From: an uncultured Ruminococcus sp.
GTDB lineage: Bacteria > Bacillota > Clostridia > Oscillospirales > Acutalibacteraceae
Length of the DNA: 31,176 nucleotides
Assembly (NCBI GenBank): GCA_946055445.1
Contig: CAMGGF010000001.1
Span: 1 to 31,176 of the forward strand
Direction: 5' to 3'
Shown: one piece after another, positions 25,867 through 31,176 of the stretch
How the letters are laid out: every line of letters begins with the position of its first letter
Numbering within the stretch: position 1 is the first letter of the stretch
Position numbers and translations under genes: made by a program
The notes under the pieces: model-generated
Databases searched by the model: none
Told to the model about the DNA's origin: nothing
What the model saw: the letters and a program-made list of their open reading frames with translations, nothing else

Positions 25867-26550
25867 TTAATCCCTTCTTTTTCCGGTCAACAAAATCAAA
25901 CGAAGCAATTGCGCCGCCGACACCGCAAAGGACGCGACATAGGTCATTGCCGCGGCGCGCAGTACCTTTTGCGCCCCGCCGATTTCCGACGAAGAAAGCA
26001 AACCCGTATCCTGAATCACGGAAACTGCGCGGCGGCTTGCGTTAAACTCGACGGGCAATGTGCACAATTGAAACAACATCACTGCGGCATACAAAAAAAT
26101 ACCGAGATTCATTAAAAACTGCGAGCCGAGAAAAATACCGATAATCGCGAGTGGTATTGCCGCATTCGAGCCGATTTGCGCAGGCAGTAAAAACGCATTG
26201 CGCACTTTTATGGGCATATACCCTTCGGCGTGTTGTGCGGCGTGCCCCGCTTCGTGGCAGGCAACACCGATTGCCGCAATAGAACAACTGCCGTAAACGC
26301 CGTCGGATAGGCGAATGACATTCGTTCGCGGGTCATAGTGGTCGTTGAGTTTACCATGGATATGCTCAATGCGTACATTTTGCACGCCGTAAAAGTCCAA
26401 CACCGCTTGCGCCGCCATCGCGCCTGTAAGGCCGCGCATATTGTGCACCGAAGAAAAACGGTTATAGGCGGAATTTACGCGTGCCTGTGTAACCAGCGCA
26501 ATAATGAGCACAGGAACCACCAGTATAAAATAATAGTAATCCAAATACAT
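25867..26550 (-). CDS. Putative neutral zinc metallopeptidase (YugP-like)
   Basis: DHYDP, ACHEAGHA (HExxH), TLPVEFNASRRA, AAAMTYV. Confidence 0.92.
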   Translation of the reverse strand: MYLDYYYFILVVPVLIIALVTQARVNSAYNRFSSVHNMRGLTGAMAAQAVLDFYGVQNVRIEHIHGKLNDHYDPRTNVIRLSDGVYGSCSIAAIGVACHEAGHAAQHAEGYMPIKVRNAFLLPAQIGSNAAIPLAIIGIFLGSQFLMNLGIFLYAAVMLFQLCTLPVEFNASRRAVSVIQDTGLLSSSEIGGAQKVLRAAAMTYVASFAVSAAQLLRLILLTGKRRD

Positions 26551-26564
26551 ATTCTCACCTGCTG

Positions 26565-27491
26565 TTATTGAAAAGTATCCCCCGTTTTTATGGGATGCCC
26601 CACCAAAAACGCCTTTGCCGACATTCGTTTCTTCCCTTCGGGCTGTACCTCTGCAATTTCGATTGTCTTGCCGTCACCGCAGGCAACGGCAATGGTATCC
26701 CCCACCGCAACAACCGTACCTGGCAAAGCATTTGTTTGCTGTTCCGTATACAATGTTTTGTGAATTTTCAACCGCTTTCCGCCGAAAACCGCCGTCGCAC
26801 TCGGCCACGGACAAAGTCCGCGCACCTGATTGTGTATTTCCTGTGCGGATTTTTGAAAATCAATGGGACAAAGTGCCTTAGAAAGCATCGGCGCGTAATT
26901 GCTTTCTGCGGGCTGCGGAACAGGCTGTAAACCGCCCGCATATATGGCCTGAATGGTTTCGGACATCACTTCTGCGCCGAGCACGGAAAGTGCATCGTGG
27001 AGTTCACCTGCTGTCATATCGGGCGAAACGGCAATGCGTTTTGACAAAAGCATATCGCCCGTATCGAGCCCCGCATTCATTTGCATAGAAGTAACGCCCG
27101 TTTGCGTTTCGCCGTTTAAAATGCACCACTGAATCGGCGCGGCGCCGCGATACCGCGGCAAAAGAGAAGCATGGATATTGACAGAGCCGTATTTTGGAAA
27201 ATCCAACACTTCTTCCGGTAAAATTTTACCGTAAGCCACAACAACGGTCAAATCAGGTTGCAGTGTTTTGAGGATTTCCAATGCTTCGCCGTCACGCATA
27301 GTGTTCGGCTGAAACACGGGAATACCGTGCAAAACCGCTTCTGCTTTTACAGGCGGCGGCGTCAACTCATACCCGCGGCCTTTCGGCTTATCGGGTTGGG
27401 TAAACACACCGACAACCTCTTCACCGTCTTTGAGAAGCCGCTGTAAGCACGGCACGGCAAAATCGGGCGTGCCCATAAATACAATACGCAT
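26565..27491 (-). CDS. fmt: Methionyl-tRNA formyltransferase
   Basis: MRIVFMGTPDFA, TQPDKPKGRG, NIHASLLPRYRGAAPI. Confidence 0.98.
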   Translation of the reverse strand: MRIVFMGTPDFAVPCLQRLLKDGEEVVGVFTQPDKPKGRGYELTPPPVKAEAVLHGIPVFQPNTMRDGEALEILKTLQPDLTVVVAYGKILPEEVLDFPKYGSVNIHASLLPRYRGAAPIQWCILNGETQTGVTSMQMNAGLDTGDMLLSKRIAVSPDMTAGELHDALSVLGAEVMSETIQAIYAGGLQPVPQPAESNYAPMLSKALCPIDFQKSAQEIHNQVRGLCPWPSATAVFGGKRLKIHKTLYTEQQTNALPGTVVAVGDTIAVACGDGKTIEIAEVQPEGKKRMSAKAFLVGHPIKTGDTFQ

Positions 27492-27495
27492 CGGC

Positions 27496-27984
27496 TTAAT
27501 CCTCCAAATGCGGATGCTCCGCTTTCATACGCTCAACCGCATCGCGCGGGGCAAGGCGGTCTGTATACAAATGCCCGTCTAAATGGTCGATTTCGTGGCA
27601 AAATGCCCGCGCAAGCAGTTCCTCGCCGCTGTATTCACACCATTCACCTTTCCGGTTTTGTGCGCGCACACGCACAAAAGCCGGACGCAGTGTATAGCCG
27701 CTTTCACCGGGCAAAGAAAGACAACCTTCCACATCGCATTGTTCCCCTTTTGCTTCGGTGATTTCCGGGTTAATCAGTTCTATAAGTCCGTCACCCGTAT
27801 CTATGACAACCACGCGTTTCAGAACACCGACCTGCACGGCCGCAAGGCCGCACCCGTCCGCGTCATACATCGTGTCACGCATATCGTCAAGCAGTGTGAA
27901 CAAGCGGTCATCAAACTTTTCGACCGTTCTGCTTTTTAATTTTAAAATGGGGTCACCTTTCACCCGAATATTGCGAATTGCCAT
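27496..27984 (-). CDS. def: Peptide deformylase
   Basis: GLAAVQVG, EGCLS, HEIDH. Confidence 0.97.
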   Translation of the reverse strand: MAIRNIRVKGDPILKLKSRTVEKFDDRLFTLLDDMRDTMYDADGCGLAAVQVGVLKRVVVIDTGDGLIELINPEITEAKGEQCDVEGCLSLPGESGYTLRPAFVRVRAQNRKGEWCEYSGEELLARAFCHEIDHLDGHLYTDRLAPRDAVERMKAEHPHLED

Positions 27985-27993
27985 TTTGTCACC

Positions 27994-30450
27994 TCAATAT
28001 ATATTTTCCGGATTCATATCCGCTATAACTGTCACTTTTTTGTATGTCGTATTTTTGGAAAAATCTTTCAACTGCTCCGAAACAAACGCACGCAGTCGGG
28101 TGCTGTTTCGGCATTTTAAAATAATGCGGAATCGATATTTGCCCGAAACTTTTGCAAGCCGCGGTGCAATCGGGCCCAATACAATCAGGTTTAAATCCGC
28201 ATAGTCTGCTTTGTGGCGCGTGCGCAACACATCCAAAAATGTTTTTGCCGCAGACTTTGTCAATGCTTCATCTAAACCGATAAACCCGATGGTACACAAA
28301 TCACAGTACGGCGGGTAAATCATCGCTTTGCGAATTTGCATTTCCAATTCATAAAATGCGGGGAAATCCTGTGCTTTTGCAAGCGAAACCACTTCATTGT
28401 CGGGAAAAGCGGTTTGAATAATCGCCTTACCCGCTTTATCGCCGCGTCCTGCGCGCCCCACAACCTGCGTCAACAGGTCGAAAGTGCGTTCCGCGCTTTT
28501 ATAGTCATCGTTGTAAAGCATTTGGTCTACCGACACAACGCCGACCAAGGTCACATTCGGGAAATCCAGCCCCTTCGCCACCATTTGTGTCCCGACCATA
28601 ATATCATACTCCCCATTTGTGAACTTTTTTAGGGAATTTTCAAAAGAATATCGTGAAGAGGTTGTATCCGTATCCAAGCGCAAAATTCTTGCCTCTGGCA
28701 ATTGCTCGCTGAGCGTATCCTCCAACCGCTGTGTACCGAATCCCGAATAGGCAACTGCGTGTTCCCCGCATTCGCCGCAAACATCGGTAAACGGCTCGGA
28801 GTAGCCGCAATAATGGCACATTAACCGCTTATTTCGCGCGTGATAGGTTAAGGAAATACTGCAATTCGGACAGGTTTTCACTTTGCCGCAACTGTTGCAA
28901 GCCGCAAAGGTATTATAACCGCGCCGATTCAGCAGTAATATGGATTGGTTGCCCGCTTGCAGATTTTCACGCAATTCGCAAAGCAACGGCTCGCTTAAAT
29001 ACGCACCTTCCTGCCCAATGCATTGCTTCGCGTCTACGCACAAAACCTCCGGCAAAACCGCGTTTCCGTAGCGTGCGTCCAAGGTGTGCAATGCATACTG
29101 CCCCGTAGCCGTGCGGGCATAACTTTCAATCGAGGGCGTGGCAGAGGCAAGCAGTAACAATGCATTATGATTTTTCACGCGGAACCGTGCCACATCACGC
29201 GCGTGATACCGTGGGGACATTTCGGATTTATAGGTGTGTTCCTGTTCCTCGTCCATCACAATCATACCGATTTTTTCAAACGGCGCAAAGACGGCTGAAC
29301 GCGTACCGAGGGCAATTTTCGCCTCGCCTTTTTTGACGCGTTTCCATTCGTCCAAGCGTTCGCCCATAGACAGTGCGCTGTGAAATACCGCTATCGCACT
29401 TCCGTAACGCTCATAAAAAATCGAGAGCATTTGCGGTGTCAAGGAAATTTCAGGTACCATTACAATCACGCCGCGGTCGGTTTTCAGAACTTCATCAATC
29501 AAACGCAGATAAATTTGCGTTTTGCCGGAGCCCGTTACGCCGAACAGCAGGGCAGTTTGCGCGGTTTCCTGTTGCAGTTGGCCGTATAAGCCGTCAAATG
29601 CTTTTGTTTGCGACGCGGTCAATTGAATCGGCGTCGGCACGGAAGACTGTTTCTCAAATTTCGGGCGGCGGAAAATTTCATTTTCAAAAAATTCCAATAT
29701 GCCTTTGCCTGCAAGCGTGGAAATTACCGCGGCGGTTACGCCCGTAAAATAGCAGATTTCTTTTACGGAAGCCGTACCGACCGTTTGCATAAAATCGGTA
29801 ACTTCTTTCTGTTTTTTGGTCAGTTTGCCCGCATTTTCGATGAACTGATAATAAAACGCGGAGAGTCTTGCCATTTTTACCGTGGCATCGCCGATTTTCC
29901 GCTGTGTGTCCGTATTACACAGCAAAATACCGCGCTTTGCCATTTCTTCCAACAGCGGAACATCATTTTTATAGCCTAAATCTTTTAAGATTTTTTCGCG
30001 TTTCACATATACGGCTTTTTCCTGCAAATAGCGAACTGCTTCTTGCTCTGCCTCGCGCAAAACCGCGTTTTCAAATTCGAAAGCGGGATTCAAAACATAG
30101 GATAAAACAAAATGAAGCCCTATCCCCGACGGCAACATCGCCTTTGCGGCTTCAAACAGCGTACAAAAGGTCTGTTCTTTCAGGAACACGGCTAATCTTA
30201 ACAGTTCATTATTCAAAAGCGGCGTTTCATCTAAAACTTCGGCGACGGCCTTCAATTTTTTGTCCGTGTTTTTTTGCCGCAACGCAAAAACGAAACCCTG
30301 TCTTTTTTTGTTTCCGTTGCCAAAAGGCACCAACACCCGAACGCCGGGCCGCACTTTGGAAAGCAATTCTTGCGGAACGGCATAATCGAATGCATCATCA
30401 AAACTGTAAGCCGCGTTTTCTACCGCGACTTTTGCAATTTGACTACACAC
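27994..30450 (-). CDS. priA: Primosomal protein N' (replication restart helicase)
   Basis: GVTGSGKT, VPEISLT, ATPS, Zn-binding CxxC pairs, GTQMVAKGLDFP; GTG 30450 after GGAGAGGTG preferred over 30531, which overlaps rpoZ. Confidence 0.96.
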   Translation of the reverse strand: MCSQIAKVAVENAAYSFDDAFDYAVPQELLSKVRPGVRVLVPFGNGNKKRQGFVFALRQKNTDKKLKAVAEVLDETPLLNNELLRLAVFLKEQTFCTLFEAAKAMLPSGIGLHFVLSYVLNPAFEFENAVLREAEQEAVRYLQEKAVYVKREKILKDLGYKNDVPLLEEMAKRGILLCNTDTQRKIGDATVKMARLSAFYYQFIENAGKLTKKQKEVTDFMQTVGTASVKEICYFTGVTAAVISTLAGKGILEFFENEIFRRPKFEKQSSVPTPIQLTASQTKAFDGLYGQLQQETAQTALLFGVTGSGKTQIYLRLIDEVLKTDRGVIVMVPEISLTPQMLSIFYERYGSAIAVFHSALSMGERLDEWKRVKKGEAKIALGTRSAVFAPFEKIGMIVMDEEQEHTYKSEMSPRYHARDVARFRVKNHNALLLLASATPSIESYARTATGQYALHTLDARYGNAVLPEVLCVDAKQCIGQEGAYLSEPLLCELRENLQAGNQSILLLNRRGYNTFAACNSCGKVKTCPNCSISLTYHARNKRLMCHYCGYSEPFTDVCGECGEHAVAYSGFGTQRLEDTLSEQLPEARILRLDTDTTSSRYSFENSLKKFTNGEYDIMVGTQMVAKGLDFPNVTLVGVVSVDQMLYNDDYKSAERTFDLLTQVVGRAGRGDKAGKAIIQTAFPDNEVVSLAKAQDFPAFYELEMQIRKAMIYPPYCDLCTIGFIGLDEALTKSAAKTFLDVLRTRHKADYADLNLIVLGPIAPRLAKVSGKYRFRIILKCRNSTRLRAFVSEQLKDFSKNTTYKKVTVIADMNPENIY

Positions 30451-30478
30451 TCGATTCACCTCTCCAACAAGTTCACAA

Positions 30479-30688
30479 TCAGATATAGCGGATTTCTTCC
30501 GGCTCAATGATTTTGTATTTCCCTTCGACAATCTCGTCCAGCGCCAAACTGACGGGCTTTTCTACAATGATTTCGCCGTTTTCCAACGCATCATCGGAAA
30601 TTTCACGCGCGCGTTTTGCGGTTGCCGTCACCAAAGAATAGCGGCTGAGATGATTTTTCAACACATTGGTTAAATCGGGATTGAACAT
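30479..30688 (-). CDS. rpoZ: RNA polymerase omega subunit
   Basis: SRYSLVTATAKRAREI...KPVSLALDEI; gmk-rpoZ-priA synteny. Confidence 0.92.
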   Translation of the reverse strand: MFNPDLTNVLKNHLSRYSLVTATAKRAREISDDALENGEIIVEKPVSLALDEIVEGKYKIIEPEEIRYI

Positions 30689-30715
30689 ATACTTTACCTC
30701 ACAATCAATATTGCT

Positions 30716-31176
30716 TTATACTTTTTCAAATAGGATTTCCAAGACCTCATCGGCGGCCGCTTCCAGGCTGTCATTGACAACAACATAATCATAGTCACGG
30801 CTTTTTTCGATTTCATCGCGCGCAATCGTCAAACGACGCACCAAATCTTCCTCATTTTCTGTGCCGCGCTGACGCAAACGGGTTTCCAAAATCTCCATAG
30901 AGGGCGGCATAATAAAAATCGCAATGGCATCGGGATACATCTTTTTTATTTTTGCCGCGCCCTGCACCTCTATTTTCAAAATCACGGTTTTCCCTTCGGA
31001 TAGCCATTTGTCCACAGGTTTTTTCGGCGTACCGTAAAGATTTTTACCGTATTTGGCAAATTCCAAAACCTCGCCGCAATCCAGCATAGCCTCAAAATCG
31101 TCGGGGGTAATGAAATAATAATCTACCCCGTCGGTTTCCCCGTCACGGCGCTCGCGTGTGGTGATGGATACAGACT
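30716..31176 (-). CDS. gmk: Guanylate kinase (5' part outside the window)
   Basis: Frame open to the window edge: SVSITTRERRDGETDGVDYYF...NLYGTP...IFIMPPS...YDYVVVND. Confidence 0.96.
   Translation of the reverse strand, partial: SVSITTRERRDGETDGVDYYFITPDDFEAMLDCGEVLEFAKYGKNLYGTPKKPVDKWLSEGKTVILKIEVQGAAKIKKMYPDAIAIFIMPPSMEILETRLRQRGTENEEDLVRRLTIARDEIEKSRDYDYVVVNDSLEAAADEVLEILFEKV

Noticed and set aside
1-31176. Mobile elements, CRISPR arrays, defence systems, rRNA or tRNA genes
   Set aside because: No integrase, transposase, terminal repeats, regularly spaced repeats or RNA-gene signatures were seen, and nearly all sequence is accounted for by closely packed chromosomal genes.

Overview
Mostly core housekeeping DNA, almost all on the minus strand, from a spore-forming anaerobic Firmicute (Clostridia; an Oscillospiraceae/Ruminococcaceae-like lineage is my inference). 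Right to left: the conserved gmk-rpoZ-priA-def-fmt-Zn peptidase-rsmB-rlmN-PP2C phosphatase-PASTA kinase-rsgA-thiN superoperon; nadE and an AlaA-type aminotransferase (divergent); a SASP gene; an orphan lipoprotein; lepB-lepB-rbgA-rnhB-yraN-dipeptidase-thrC; DUF1540; a metallophosphoesterase; tig-clpP-clpX; an MFS transporter; and a degenerate LCP gene coupled to a transglutaminase-like gene. I see no mobile element, CRISPR array, rRNA or tRNA, and no large novel system. The best leads are small. (1) Two minus-strand ORFs absent from the supplied track: a 28-aa SpoVM (18813-18899) and a coupled 50-aa two-helix membrane microprotein (18913-19065), behind a mother-cell-type promoter. (2) The transglutaminase-like gene reads through an in-frame TAA at its catalytic-Cys motif; six G<->T swaps in 16 nt restore the family motif, which points to a base-calling artefact. 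(3) A 23-bp strand-specific hairpin just before the clpP RBS. (4) A histone-H1-like PAAKK tail on trigger factor. (5) An LCP protein lacking the family's catalytic arginines.
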